Shown one piece after another: positions 39,895 through 54,027 of a DNA stretch of 64,000 nucleotides (the first letter of the stretch is position 1; the number at the start of each line of letters is the position of its first letter). The position numbers and the translations under genes are program-made. The notes below the pieces were generated by a model, which was not told the origin of the DNA, ran no database searches, and saw only the letters and a list, made by a program, of their open reading frames with translations. Origin of the DNA: Octopus sinensis (Eukaryota); contig NC_042997.1 in the NCBI RefSeq assembly GCF_006345805.1, positions 4,092,001 to 4,156,000 on the forward strand. Direction: 5' to 3'.

Positions 39895-42800
39895 TGAACA
39901 TTTTTTTTGTACTCGTTGCTGGGTAGGGAAATTATTTTGTCATTTTTGTGTCACTTTTGGCTCTTTAGAAAAAAAGTATACGATGGAATTTAATATTGCA
40001 TCAAAAAAATATTTTACCGCAATGGAAAAAGGTAATACCAGTGAAAATATAGATGAAACAAAAACACAGGAAAAGGAAAGACCCAGTTTTTCTGCCGCTG
40101 TAACGGAAATGGAGGTAAAAATGGAGCAACTATTTAAGTTTCGTGACTTAATCAGGATAAGTGATAGCGACACAAAACTATTGCCTCCTCCAGAGACAGT
40201 GCAAACGATAAATCCGCGAACGGCTGTGTATAAAATTAACGATCTTAAAGAAAAAAGAATTATAGATGACAAGAATGACGTTGTTGAATGATATTTGGTC
40301 CATATAGGGAACAAAGCGTTCTACGTTAGCCGTGGAATGAGAAGCGTAACAGTGGTAGCGGAGTTTGAAACGGCTAATATAGCGAAGGAGGTCTACATGA
40401 AAACATTAAGAAACTTGGAAATAATTCTGTTACCCACATACTTGGGTCACAGTACAGCTAAAATTACAGTAGATGAGATCCCGGCTGGTTATGAGGTTAT
40501 GTGGGTAGCAGCGGCGGTCATATACGACGTGGAGGAGGCGGTGTCGATATTGCAAATGAATAAGAAAGAGCTGTCAACTGGAAAGGCCAGACGCTCATGA
40601 TGGTTTTTCAAGCGTCGAACGAAACGCCAGAAAAATTGCCCAACAGGGTGTCTGTAAGGGTGGGGATAACCATGAGAATAGCCCAAGAGAGAGGAGGCTT
40701 CGTTACTTCAAATGTGGAGAAAATGGCCACGTCCTCTCAAAGTGCAGGAAAAAGCAAGACAACGAGGCCTCTCCCCAAAAAGCTGCAAAGATGGTAAAAG
40801 AAAGGAACGAAAAGCCGGAAAATACAACAGAAACGAAAGATGGAGCAATGGCGGAAGAAGAGAGCTATAAGCTTGTAGACCGTTACAGACTGGATGAGCC
40901 GAGCGTTCTACAGTGGTCATGGAGTAACAATGGCGGCTAACACATATCTTATATAGACAGGGTATTCGTTAGAGAAATCGACATGCATACTTTTAGTTGT
41001 TAAAAATTTGCATTGTACCTTACACGGATCAAAAATTTGTGACGTTTGAGGTGTATATAGATAAATGTCATAGACAGGGACCCGGGTGCTGGAAGATGAA
41101 CAAGAATAATTTGACTTCTGGAACCTTCTGTACCCAGATTACGTAATCTTTTCAGAGGACTCTATGTGACGCCATCATTAATAATAGATGGTGGCATGTC
41201 CTCAAGTGAGTCATTCGTTTAGAGTCTACTGGATTTAGCATTCAGCTAAGTTTAGATAGATCTAGATAAGCAAGGGAACTAGTTAAGAATTTAGATGAGG
41301 CTATGGAATCTGGCTCTACGGCTAGAGTGCTAGCGGTGTGATCGGTCTCGTACCGTCACCTCAAAGTCAAACATGAAGACTGCAGAGTTAGAACTAAGCT
41401 ACGTGCAGTGGGCCGAGAAAGTATTAACGTTGCCTGATGGGCCCGTCGTGTGGAGTGCCCGTCGCAGGCAAAAAAGCCTCTTTAAATTCTTTAACTGACG
41501 AACAGGGGCACAAGATCTATGACAGAAAAAGTTGCAAAAGGCCTTTCACCAGCATTTTGCCCGGTTGTTTGGGAAGAGTGACGTACTCAAGCCCGTGGAG
41601 TTCCTAAAAGCCTTCCCTGCCGGTGGGCCGCGATTCCCAGTGCATGAGCGGAATGCTGTGAAGGACCGATTACACTTGCGAATGTCAAAGTGCACGCCTA
41701 GGACAAGTCGCCGGGGCTGCATAAACTACCTTATGTGTTTTATTGTAGCATGCCGGATTTATTCGTGGACCTGCTGACAGGCGTCAACACAAACTGGCAA
41801 GAGAATGGGAGGATTCCCAGCTCTAGGAGTCGAGGTGTGGTGACGCTCCAGAAGGACTTCAACAAGGGGGGATTATAAGTAATTACAGGTGCATTACTCT
41901 ACTCAATGTAAAGTTAAATATTTTGACCGATGTTTTAGCAAAAGGGTTGACGCCTGTTGTGGAGAAGATTATAGTGAAGGCGCAGACATTCGAGGCAGGT
42001 CGATCGAGGACAATTTTCGCCTTATAAGCTACACCTTAGACAGTTTGGGTAAATTAACCGACAAAGGTGAAGCACTGGTCCATTTAGACTAGAGTAAAGC
42101 GCTTGATGTGGTAGACCACCAGTACCTGGCGCCGGTCCTTAAAGCGGCTGGGGTGGACACGGAGTTCCGTAGGTGGCTTTCCGCAATGTATAGCGTCAAA
42201 TCCCCCGTTCATATAAACGACTACCTGTCTGAGCCGTTTTCGATCAAGCGCTCATTTTGTCAAGGGTGTTCCCTGTCTCTGCTTCTGTATGTGTTAGCTC
42301 TTGAGCCATTACTGCAGAAGTTGGGGAATTTGGGACACATCCGCAATCAAATCGGATGCGGTAAGTCTCTCTCTGCATATGCAGATGACATCACCATCAT
42401 CATGTCCAATGAGGTTCACATACCTTGTGTAGAGGACGCTATCAAAGGATACGAGTCGGGGCAAGGAACAAAAGTTAACAAGGAAAAGTTCGGCTTGCGA
42501 CTCGACCTCTGGAGGAACAAGTCGATATCGTCCAGTGTCGTGGGTCACTGGACAGATGGTTCTGTTAAGTTGCTTTGAGTTTGGTTTGGAACGGGCTCCA
42601 GACAGAGAAGAATTGGAGCGAGGTGGCTAACAGGGTGGAGACGCTAGTCCGGACTTGGTCCGGACGGGCTCTGTCACTGAAAGGAAGGGCAGAGGTGGTA
42701 CAGTTGTTTATTGCATGTGTAATCACCTACCGCCTAACCGTTGTCCCTTGCCCCGACTCGTAGCTAAACAAGTTGGAGCACCTACTCTTCTGTTTATTGT

Positions 42801-43600
42801 GGATAGGAGGAAAGCCACATTGCTGCCAGGAACCTTTATATGGTGGGTTAGGGATGTCATGGCTAATGATGCACAAACATGCGCTGACGCTGAGACATCT
42901 CTGGCGCTACCTGGATGGCGACAAGGTATGAAATCAGTTGGCGGAGGAATTATTTCTGAAACCAGCCTATTTGGAAAGATTCAAACTCGGTTTTAATAAA
43001 AGACGCAATCCGACAGCTGAAGGGAGTGTCGAGAGGCACTCAGGCTAATCCACAAGACGAGCAAGGCCGGCAGTGATAATACCGCCTCAGTTTTGTATAA
43101 AGGGCTGGTAGACTTTTAAATCGATGACGTCCTAAGAGCGTCTCTGTGGTTCGACGAGAAACAACTGGCCAACCTGTTTCCAAAAAATTTCGAGGCGGGG
43201 TATTTGAATAATTACCAAAAATCCCTGGCCTGTCAGTGCTACAGTAATGCTTTACCTGTTCACTACAGTTCTCTCTGTAGGAATGTATCGCTCTGTAACT
43301 CACGTGGGAGGAAGGGGAAGAATGTAATTTTTGAATTCGTTGGTACTGGCGGTCGAAGATGGTTTGTCTGGGAGTACTCATATCAGACGGGTATTTTCGA
43401 ATTTTAGTGCTCTCAAATCCAAATCAAAAGAAGTCTTTGAGCTGACGAAGGAAATGTTGATCTTTATATTCGACTAATCCAGAAACGGCCGTTCTCAGGT
43501 AATCTTATGTATCTATGATCTTTCGTTATTTTTCCCTCTATACCTGTGTGAGTTATTTTTGAGTATACATTGTCTGGGTTTTTTTCTTATAGTAGAAGAA
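39895..43600 (+). mobile_element. Decayed L1/Tx1-type LINE with ORF1 and ORF2
   Basis: ORF1 starts at ATG 39983 and has a gag-type knuckle YFKCGENGHVLSKC (40704-40745). ORF2 remnants YIDRVF, SKALDVVDHQYL, QGCSLSLLLY, YADD, LSLKGRAEV are collinear with the 57980-61167 protein. Many stops and frameshifts. Confidence 0.85.
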
Positions 43601-43686
43601 ATAGCTAAGATTTTTTGGCTGCTATTTCTAAAAGTTCGGTGTGTGGTAAAGTAAATTATTTTACTGAACCCTAATTATATAACGTA

Positions 43687-43745
<59 letters not shown>

Positions 43746-43774
43746 AGTCTAGGATGGAACATTTATTTATTTCA

Positions 43775-44137
43775 TACATCACTACAAGCGTTTCCACAAA
43801 TCACATGACTTTAACATCATCTGTATCCTTGGGACGTGTACAGTACTCCGTGGTATCGGTGGGCATCTGGTTGATGATCATCATTGATTCATTTCATCCT
43901 GAGATACTGCATGGGTTGATGAAACACAGATCTTGCTAGATTGATCTTAATACTACCAAGGAGCATTACATATTCCTCTGTGATTCATACAATAATGCAG
44001 TATCACCTAATGAAATGAATCAATGAAGATCATCAACCGGATGCCCACGGATACTAGGGACTATACTGTACTCACCCCATGGATACGAAATCTAATGTTA
44101 GGATCATGTGATTTGTAGAAACGCTTGAAGCGATGTA
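43775..44137. mobile_element. MITE-like inverted repeat (~125-bp arms, TA at both ends)
   Basis: 43775-43897 is the reverse complement of 44010-44137 (roughly 80% by eye); ~110-bp spacer. Confidence 0.65.
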
Positions 44138-44479
44138 TTAAATATTTATATATTACATCCAAGAATTATTTGTATTATTATATGTATCCTACATTATATC
44201 GGTATAAGTATGATGCAAACCCCGAAAAACTGACTCACTAATCTGTATCATTTGAGAGTAGCCATCATAATGTAATAGGAACATTATTGGCATACCCTTC
44301 ACGTTAGCATAAATGAAATTAAAATATATAATCCACACACATGTAAACACAAACATGGTGCGTACGTTATTTGAGCACCTAAGTCTTTTTGAGTCGTTGC
44401 TGCATTATTTGCTAACTGTTTATACTGTTTGTTCCAGGAAATAATAAAGACAGAACCTCAGCTTATTTAAGAAATGAAA

Positions 44480-45580
44480 GGGTATGGTGTTGTTGTGATT
44501 ATAAAGGCTGAGTATAGCGATTCAGATATATCTTGATTTTTAAATTTTGCTAGATCTTTCGTCTAAAATATTTGTAAGGAGCTATAAGATGAATATGGAA
44601 TCGTATCACAAGAATCAAAGTATAAAAAAGCTCTGAAAGCATCAGAACACCTGACTTTATCCAACAAATTCAACAGACCGTTGATTACAACCGAGAAACT
44701 CTATGAGATCTATTGCAATAGATCTCCATATGTCAGAAGTAACAGTCAGAGATGTTGTCGAAGACATCAGATATATATCTTATAGGATGAGGAAAGGCCA
44801 ATTTGTCAGGAAAAGCGAAAGAACATCAATGCATCAGATCTAAAAGGCTCTGAAACAAACGGAAAAATCCAGCCGAAGAAAATTTGAACAAGTTTATCTC
44901 AAACGTGAAATATTTCGACCAAGATCAAAAATTTAACAGGAGAAATGACAGATGGTTTTGTGCAGACCCTTCTGAAGTTCTAAGTGTTAGGCATTTCTTA
45001 GTGTTATAAATTTCCTGAAACTGTCATGGTTTTAGTGGTTGTCAGCAATGATGGACATGTGATGTGTCTTTAACTCTGCTGCCTACACTGGGGTACTGGA
45101 AATAATTGTTAAGCCCTGATTAGAGATCGTATGCAATTGAAGGCCATATCGCTATCAGAAAAAATCTCAGCACTAGTAACGTAGGTATGGACCGCTTAAT
45201 AGTGTAATGATCACATAACCCCTAATATTTGGCCTCCTACTTCCTCAGATTTCAATCCATTTGGCTATTACATGTGGAACGTTGTTGAGAGAGTGGTCAC
45301 GAACACGCCCATAACACCAAACATTTTTTGAAAGCTGCCATGATCAGAGTATGTCCAAAATAAACCAGACCACTTAATTTGAACATGTAGATGATTTAGA
45401 TCTCATATAGAATAGAAGCAGTTGTTAAAGCTGAAGGTAGATTTATTGAATAACATTATAGAAAAGAAGTTTTATTTTTATCCTCGTAGCATTTTATGAT
45501 AACTAAAGTTATTATCTGTTATATTTCTGTTTATTTTTTATAAAAATAAATCTGTCCTCTAATATCTTACGCACACTGTA
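44480..45580 (+). mobile_element. Tc1/mariner-superfamily (maT-like) transposon relic
   Basis: FDQDQKFNRRNDRWFCADPSEV, KFPETVMVLVVVSNDGHV, DHITPNIWPPTSSDFNP; ends aatatcttacgcacactgta. Confidence 0.75.
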
Positions 45581-46219
45581 TATGTGTGTGTCTGTGTGTG
45601 TTTGTTGGTATGTACGTATATATGCACATATGTATATAATTTCATTATATTCCTTCCCTTATATTGTATGAGATATTCTACCCCTCGAGAACTAATTTAT
45701 ATGACGTTATAATCTTATTGACTCTTAAGCGCTTTTGTCAAAATCTCATATTTTGTTGTTTTTGATTACAATCCTTGTACTTAAGAAATAACTATCCTTA
45801 CTAACGTGGGTGTATGTATGTAAATGTTTCTGTGCGCACACACACACACACATGTGTGTATGTGTGTGTGTGTGCGTGTGCATGCGTTTGCATGTGTGTG
45901 TATGTAGTGTGTATTCTCATAGTCTCGAATTTTACATTTTCTTGTATAGCAGCTGCAGTTGTTTAGTTGTATACCACGTTGTATGTGAGATTTGTTGTTT
46001 TGCTTCGCGAAGTATTTTTGTCGGCTGCCTGTCGCATTTGAAGGGTCAGACTTAATATTTCTCAAGTAAATCAGAAAAAAGGAATGATTTCGTTTCTTTT
46101 CGCAAACAATTTCCGTAAGTGCTTATACTTTGATTTTGTTATGTATTAGAAAGTGTTCTTAAAACTTTATGAATCACATCTTCAAGCTTACCCTATTGCA
46201 TATCGTTTTCACCAGACAA

Positions 46220-46660
46220 CCATTACTCATAGTAGCATCGTCACCCTCCACTTCTTCCTCTTACACCTCTCTTTCTCCACCTCTTCCTCCTCCTTATCAG
46301 CCTCATCATCATTACCATCAGTTTCTTCCTCATCAACATCTCCCCTCCTCATTATCACCATATTTTCCCTCATCAGCCTCTCCCACATCATCGTCATCAT
46401 CATCTTTAGCTTCCACCTCATATTAAGGTCCCTCCTCCTTACCAGTTTCCTCCTCGTGCTCAGCTTCCTCATCATCATCAGCTTTCTCCTTCTCAGCTTC
46501 CTCCACCTCCTCCTCCGCTACTCCATCGTCATCATCGTCATCATCATCATCTTCATCTTCCTGACGTACTCCTCTGCATAACCATCACCATCTGTCTTCC
46601 CTTCTCCATTCCTTCCTCCTCTTCATCAACATCATCATAATCATCATCATTAGCACAATC
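46220..46660. repeat. (CTC)/(CAT)-rich low-complexity region
   Basis: Degenerate trinucleotide repeats. Confidence 0.8.
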
Positions 46661-49481
46661 GTAGTTAGACTTATCAGCAGCACCATCAATACATTTACGA
46701 CTTGCATTACCGTTAACCGTTTGAAAAAATATTCATCGGCAAGATTTCATTAATAATAAAAAAAGAAATATCAAACCATACGATGATACCAAATGCATTG
46801 GTGGCAAAAGAAATCTAATCAGAATTAATATAACTCTGGATAAAAACAAAGGCTAAAATCGATAGATCTCGACGGAACTGAAGATCACAAAACAGAGTGT
46901 AATTTCTATCATTTTCATTGTTATGATCGTCAATGTTTTGATGATGCTTGCGATTAGTATGATGAAAATTATGATGATCATCGTAGTGATTCACCTTTTT
47001 GTCAGCTTCATGATCCTCATAAACAAAATGAAAACCAACAACAACAAACAAACGTTAATGCCACACGCAAGAAGTGTAAACATATTACTAATAACAACAT
47101 AAAAAAGAATGGAACAGCACCGATAACCATTAGCCATTTTGATGAGACGCATCTTATCTAATTCCTATGATTTCACGCAACAAATTATTTTTGGACTTTA
47201 TCTCGTTGCACCAGCATAGTGAAAAATATCCAGTAGTCGTCACTTTCATATAATTAATTATACTTAAATGATGCAATTATTTAGATGAATAGATTTTATG
47301 ATATTTTCCATCTTTTTTAACGTTTCTATTTTCCAATATTTTCTTGCGCTAATGTCTTTCAACTTTTTTATAATTTCATTGTTTTGTTTTATTTTTTTCG
47401 TTCATGTCACTCATGCCAACATTTTTTTCCTTTTCTCTCCTCTCCATAATGAATCTGAAAACGTTCTTGATGATGGCAGATGGTATGAGGTAGTAGAAAT
47501 AAAGTGTAAAAACAGATAATTAGAAAAGTTACTTTGTTATTTATTACGATAATTAATATCCAATATAAGTAGTTGGTTAAAATATAATTATTTTTTCCAA
47601 CTTCTTTTTAATTGCAGATTAATTCGATACTTAAAATGGCAAGAACGAAAATTTATATACATGTTATTTTTACATGTTCATAGGTAACTGCACTAGACTC
47701 AAGTACATAAAATTGGCTTCAATTGCAGTTAAAAGGATAATAAAATTTTGCATTGAATTCTTGTTCAGATACATTTCTTTGTCCTTGTCGAGAAAAAGCA
47801 TTTACAGAAATGCAAGGATACGAAAAGTATTTTATTACAAACACCTATTTTATCCCTTTTGCATTGAATAAATTCTCTCCGAAGATCTAAGGTGTATGTA
47901 CTAGAAAAAATGCGGCAGAAATTATTGAACAGGGAGAATAGTTGAAATACTATGCTAAGTAATAATAAATTTAAACAAAGCAATTTTCTTTGCATTTTAT
48001 AGACTAGAAAGTTTCAGAGATTTTATTATGCTGGGAAATAAGTTGAAGTCATTGGAATATGAGTATTGTAATCTATAAGTTTGAATTTAATTATTATGTT
48101 CTTTGCAGTTTTCATTAAAACTTGTAGATGCTTTGAATTGAAACGGTTATATGGTGGTTCTTCTTTAGTACATGGTAATGGAAGTTGATAAAATCTGTCC
48201 GAAACAAAGACATCGTTCACAAAAATATGATGCTAGGAATAGAAGTCTAAATACAAATCTATATATCTCTAATTTTGGATATTCTCAATATTCGTTATCA
48301 AAATTAAGTTTTGTTCTTTGTACGCTATAATCTATAGTTTTGTTCTTTGTACGCTATAGTTATAGTTTTTAATTCATAAATTGTTCTAGGTACAAGCAAA
48401 GATATTTGAAATATAGGTGTAGGAATTTTGTAAGAATCTGTGAGTTAATGTGATGTTCATATTTATGCAAATTTGAAGTTGAACTGAAAGCTAGGTGCGC
48501 TAAAATCTTTTCAAAGCAGTTTTAAATTGTCATCGACATTATTGGAAAATATACGTGGATATTGTTCCTTTGATTATTGGATTATGCTTAAGTTTTGGAT
48601 GTAAGCAACATTCCAAATATGGAAGAAGGGAATTAACTAACACAAGTGGCTATTTTCATTTGATGAAAATTAAGTTTGTGGTGTAAGTATCATGCGAGAA
48701 GTTCAAGTACGCGTTTCAAAGTAATTCGTACGTCATATGATGCGTAAATTTCGTATAATCGTTCATCAGTTCAGGCAAAAATGCATTACCATTCGAGGTT
48801 TCCACGTTCTTGGTCTTCCTCATCTTCCCCATTTCATCATTGACCAAGCGTAGATTCTATCAAATGTATATATCATCCAGCATATCGTTACCGATTGTAA
48901 TTTATTTTATACTCTCACAAGTCGAATATTTTTAATCTGCTTATTCCAAACCCATCATGACATGCATGCTAGATCATTTGTCATAATTTACATTTTCGTA
49001 CACCATTTATGGTGACATTATTTCAGTCAAAATTATATGAACACGTTTCTGCCAAAATATGTCAAAAATTTCTACGCCAGGACACACACACGCCAAAAGC
49101 ACACTCACAGACACATATACGCACACAAATGCACGCTCACTTATAGGATCAATTAAACTACATTTAGGCATTTATACATACATAAACACACAATAAATCA
49201 CAAACGTCAGGATGTAACCTCACGCACATAGAGGATATCACACACACACATATCTTCCATTTGCCTTCTCCCACGTACATCACTATGAAACAGAGATTCA
49301 AAGATGACCAAGAGAGATATGGCATACCGTCCATGGAATCGCGAATTATGTAGGAAAGTCTTTCAAAAAAAAAATCGAGTATTAAGTTGGTTGATTAACT
49401 AAACAATTCATTAACAACAAAGAAGTGAAACTCAATCAGCGCCTGTGTTTGGAGTAATGAAAATCCCAAAGCTGTTTATAT

Positions 49482-49518
<37 letters not shown>

Positions 49519-49537
49519 CATATACATACATATACAT

Positions 49538-49599
<62 letters not shown>

Positions 49600-49665
49600 A
49601 GGCGCACACACATACATATGTACATATCCATATACATATGTGTGCGTGTAATGATATATAAAAGA

Positions 49666-49823
49666 CAGTCTTCTTTCGGTTTCCATCTACCAAATCCACT
49701 CACAAGACTTTCGTCGGCTTGGATCTGTAATAGAGAACATTTGCCTAAGTTACAGGCAACGGAATTGAACACGGAACCATATGCTCGGGAAGCAAGCATT
49801 CTAGCACACCGCCACGCCTCGGC
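49666..49823 (-). mobile_element. tRNA-derived SINE (family D)
   Basis: Reverse complement matches 18452-18615 (gtgagtggatttggtagatggaaaccgaaagaagac). Confidence 0.75.
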
Positions 49824-50197
49824 ACATAGGTGCATACCTCTATCTCACTCCCAATGTCTGTCTGTTTCTCTCACTCTCTCTTTCTGTATAAATATACGCA
49901 CAAGATTTTACGTATATATGTATTATGTGTGTATAATATAAAACTGTATAAGTGCAATGAAATTGAAACTTTGTTATGAACCGGAAGAATAAGAGTCGAG
50001 CATCAAATGTTATTCCTTAACTTTTGACCCGTAATAGCGAATCAGAGTAAAAAAGAAATTGCTCTGGGGCGCATTAGGTAAGAAATTCTCTGGCCCATGA
50101 CACTCGATGGACTGTTTGTAATGTATGTATAAATTTTGAATGAAATCGGTATCCGTATATCTATACATATATCCATATATATACATATGTATATATA

Positions 50198-50284
<87 letters not shown>

Positions 50285-50491
50285 GTGAAATAGAAAGATG
50301 AATAATATTGTTGCAGATTAATCAAAAGTTTAACCGATACCTTGGTAGCAAAAATCACAGCAGAAGACAGCACGGTTGGAGGTACAACCATATGGTGTTG
50401 CAACCGTGCGTTGGTGCGGATAATTGAATTTTAATATTATTAGTGAATTGAAGAAATGGAGCTGAACGAAGATTGACCAGAAATCGTTTTA

Positions 50492-50580
50492 TTTCATTCT
50501 ACACGTGTTTCGAAAGGCACAATTTACTAAATTCCGAATGAATAATGAGACCATATTGTGTCTTTCTCTTCAGGAAGAAA
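50492..50580 (-). ncRNA. Type I hammerhead ribozyme (left arm)
   Basis: Same core and stems as 18113-18201, intact. Confidence 0.8.
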
Positions 50581-50724
50581 TAGGAAATCCGTTGGAAAAA
50601 ACAAAAACAGAACAGAGGCGGAGCAAAACAAATCAAACTGTTTGACCATGGGCTCTTAGGAGCCTAGTTCGATTTGTTTTGCTCCGCCTCTATTCTGTTT
50701 TTGTTTTTTCCAACGGATTTCCTA

Positions 50725-50813
50725 TTTCTTCCTGAAGAGAAAGACACAATATGGTCTCATTATTCAATCGGAATTTGGTAAATTGTGCCTTTCGAAACAC
50801 GTGTAGAATGAAA
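50725..50813 (+). ncRNA. Type I hammerhead ribozyme (right arm)
   Basis: CTGAAGA 50732-50738, GAAAC 50794-50798, GTA 50803-50805; intact. Confidence 0.8.
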
Positions 50814-50863
50814 TAAAACGATTTCTGGTCAATCTTCGTTCAGCTCCATTTCTTCAATTCACT

Positions 50864-50950
<87 letters not shown>

Positions 50951-51100
50951 ACACATATATATATATATACATATATAAGTATACATGTATATACGAACAT
51001 ATATATATATATATACATGCATAAATATATACATATACATACACACATATATATATACATATATACATACATACATATATACATCCATACATACACACAC

Positions 51101-51191
<91 letters not shown>

Positions 51192-51227
51192 CATATATAT
51201 ACATACATAAATATATATGTATGCATG

Positions 51228-51258
<31 letters not shown>

Positions 51259-51276
51259 GTATATATATATATATAA

Positions 51277-52690
51277 GTGTTTGAAAGAGTGTTAAGATCA
51301 AGGATAGCTGACTTCCTGGATACTCACAAACTCCTAAATGCAAATAAGCATGGCTTTCGCTGTGATAGGGACTGTCTAACACAGCTCTTAAACCACATTG
51401 AAGATGTACTCGAAGCCTTGGGAACAGTTTCGAAATCTGATGTCATATATCTTGACTTCAGTAAAGCGTTCAACAGGGTAGACCATAATATCCTACTCTT
51501 AAAATTGGCAAATGTTGGAATCCGCGGAAAAGTTCTGCACTGGATCAAGTATTTCCTGGCGAATAGAACACAACATGATGTAGTGGATGGAGTCCACTCA
51601 AACCCAGCAAAAGTCACCAGCGGTGTCCCCCAGGGGACTGGTTTGGGTCCGCTACTTTTCATAATCTACATAAACGACCTTTCCAGTGTTGTACATTATT
51701 GCAAAGTGAAAATATTTGCTGATGACACTAAGCTCCAGCAAATCGTCAATGAAGAAGCAGACCGAACTCAACTCTAGTCTGATATATATGCCGTGAGTCA
51801 ATGACAGACAGAAATAAAATGCAACTGGACGAGGGAAAATTTGAGCTGATGCATTTTGGAAGAAATTCCTCACTAAAACAGCCATACACTCTTCCTTCAG
51901 GGGAACCGCTCACAACCTCTAACAATATCAGAGACCTGCGTATAATTGTTGATGACGATCTCAGGTGGAGTGCACACATCAACAAGAAGGTCGATATAGC
52001 TCATAGGATGAGTTCCTGGATCTTAAGAACTTTCCGGTCCCGAGAACAAGGTGTCATCATACCACTTTTCTCCTCTGTACGTCCACACCTCGAATACTGC
52101 TGCCCACTGTGGTCTCCCCATACAAGACAAAATATCTCCAGGATTGAATCACCCCAGAGGGCACTCACTAAACGAATTGAAGGCATGGCTGGTCTCGATT
52201 ATTGGGATCGCCTTAAAGCCTTGAAACTCTACTCTCTCCAGGTCGCCGTGAGCGGTACATCAGTTGTTCGATGTGGAGAATATACCGCCAACTTTGCCCA
52301 AACGACCTGAACATTAGCTTCAAGGTTCATCCAAGACTGGGACCACGGGGCATACGTCCCCTGCCCAATTCAAGATCACAGCATACATGCACACTACAAC
52401 ATAATTTCTTTTCCTCAACAGGCCCTGCCCTATTTAACATTGTCCTGAAAGAGATCAAAGAGGAACAGGATCCCATCAACTTTAAATGGAGTCTGGATAG
52501 ATTCCTTCTAGGAATACCAGATATGCCACCCATAATTGGATACAACTCATCCAACAAAAACTCACTACTTGAATGGACCATAAACAAAACTTAACTTAAA
52601 CAGGATTCAAATAATCCTATCAGGTTGTGCTATTAAGTTAGACATGGCCTTGACCAATCATTGGTCGAAACACATCTAAGTTTATCAAAC
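51277..52690 (+). mobile_element. 5'-truncated CR1-like LINE (RT C-terminal half and 3' UTR)
   Basis: YLDFSKAFNRVDH, SGVPQGTGLGPLLF, FADDTK, RPHLEYCCPLWSPH; 3' UTR stem-loop gaccaat-c-attggtc at 52652-52666; stops and frameshifts. Confidence 0.88.
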
Positions 52691-52699
52691 ACACACATG

Positions 52700-53601
52700 A
52701 GGTCTCATCATGACTGCCGCCATAGTAATGAGTTAAAACTGGCAAAGTGAAGTTGCTTTGCGTAGATTGATCTTGGGCGCTGCTGTGTATGTGCACTAAG
52801 TGTTAACGTTCTACCTCAATTCCGCTGTTTACAACAGTGATTTGAAGGATGGGGTGTAGCGTGTGACCGTCGCATTGCCCACGACAATCGGATCTCTCTT
52901 GGCGATACCTGTTCCGCTCCCTATGCAAAGTTGCAGAAAGTCTATGGAGAGGAGTGAATAGGCCGCACACATGCGTACGAATGTTTCAGACGTTTCCAAG
53001 ACCGCCGAAAAATCTCGATATTGACGAAACTTTCGGGAGACCTGCAACTAGCATAATTGATTAAGTCATCGCAGATGTGCGTACAGCTATGAGGGAATCA
53101 TAGAATCACTATCAGTGAGTTATCAAAGGATGTGCAGAATAGTTACGGTTTACTTGAATCCATTATCACTGAATATTTGTATAAAACGGGCGTGTCTGTC
53201 AAGTTTGCCTCAAAACTGCCTTCAGCTGACTAAAAAGACACTCGGGTTTACAATTTTTTGAAATAGTTATAAGTCAGGGGTAACGCTTGGTAATTATTTT
53301 TTTTGTTTTTTTTTTAACATGTTAATGTGTAATTTAATCTAAAAAACTATGACTTCATTTTGAAAACTTTGCGTAGGCTAAGCTCTTGGCAAAATTCGAT
53401 GCAGATTTTCTCTGTCATGGTTAATGCAATGAACACAGGCTGCACAACTCCCTTTCAAGCACTAATATAAAAAAAGAAAGTGGGCTGCAACGTTTAAACT
53501 CAGTGCGCATGCTCAACAATGCTGAAGGTCAATGTGTGCCAAGTGGCTTCTCTCTGTGCACTTACTATGTCAACAATCCGGATACTTATTGATCAGCCCA
53601 C

Positions 53602-53605
<4 letters not shown>
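52700..53605 (+). mobile_element. Mariner relic
   Basis: LGDTCSAPYAKLQKVYGEE*IGRTHAYECFRRFQD (HTH); TIR-like end tacttattgatcagccc. Confidence 0.65.
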
Positions 53606-53633
<28 letters not shown>

Positions 53634-53981
53634 AGTGGGAGGGTATGCATATAGATTGATGTATATATGAAATACGACATATATTCAGAGAATAATATAA
53701 GTACTAGACATATTTGCGATTCATGAGATGGAGTGGCTTAATAAATCTATGTTTTCTTTTTGCATCCATTTTTAAATATTATGCTTCAATGAAAATAGAG
53801 TTGTACAGGAAAATGTTTTAATATTTATAGACAGTATTAATAAATGAACGCTAGAAAATGCAATAAATCCTCACAACTGAAGTGTCTTCAATAGACAATC
53901 GATAAAGTAAAAGCATGTGTTTGTATATTCGCATTTAAATGTACACTCACACATACACAATCACACAAAAACAACCATATA

Positions 53982-54027
<46 letters not shown>

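Larger units (their letters stand above)
50281..50866. mobile_element. Head-to-head pair of solo pseudo-LTRs from the 14.5-18.4 kb Penelope family
   Basis: 50281-50640 is the reverse complement of ~18052-18413; 50641-50866 matches ~18028-18255; (TA)n on both sides. Confidence 0.9.

Noticed and set aside
48307-48358. 23-bp tandem duplication agttttgttctttgtacgctata
   Set aside because: Ordinary slippage duplication; only two units, not CRISPR-like.
48795-48865. Possible 67-70 nt minus-strand exon (NLRLVNDEMGKMRKTKNVETSN)
   Set aside because: Weak polypyrimidine tract and unrecognised peptide; needs RNA-seq.
50038-50085. Strong donor ag|gtaaga with a possible 40-nt exon
   Set aside because: An isolated splice-like signal is expected by chance.
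52645-52680. Hairpin followed by GAAAC resembling a hammerhead half
   Set aside because: No CTGANGA; better explained as the CR1 3' UTR stem-loop.
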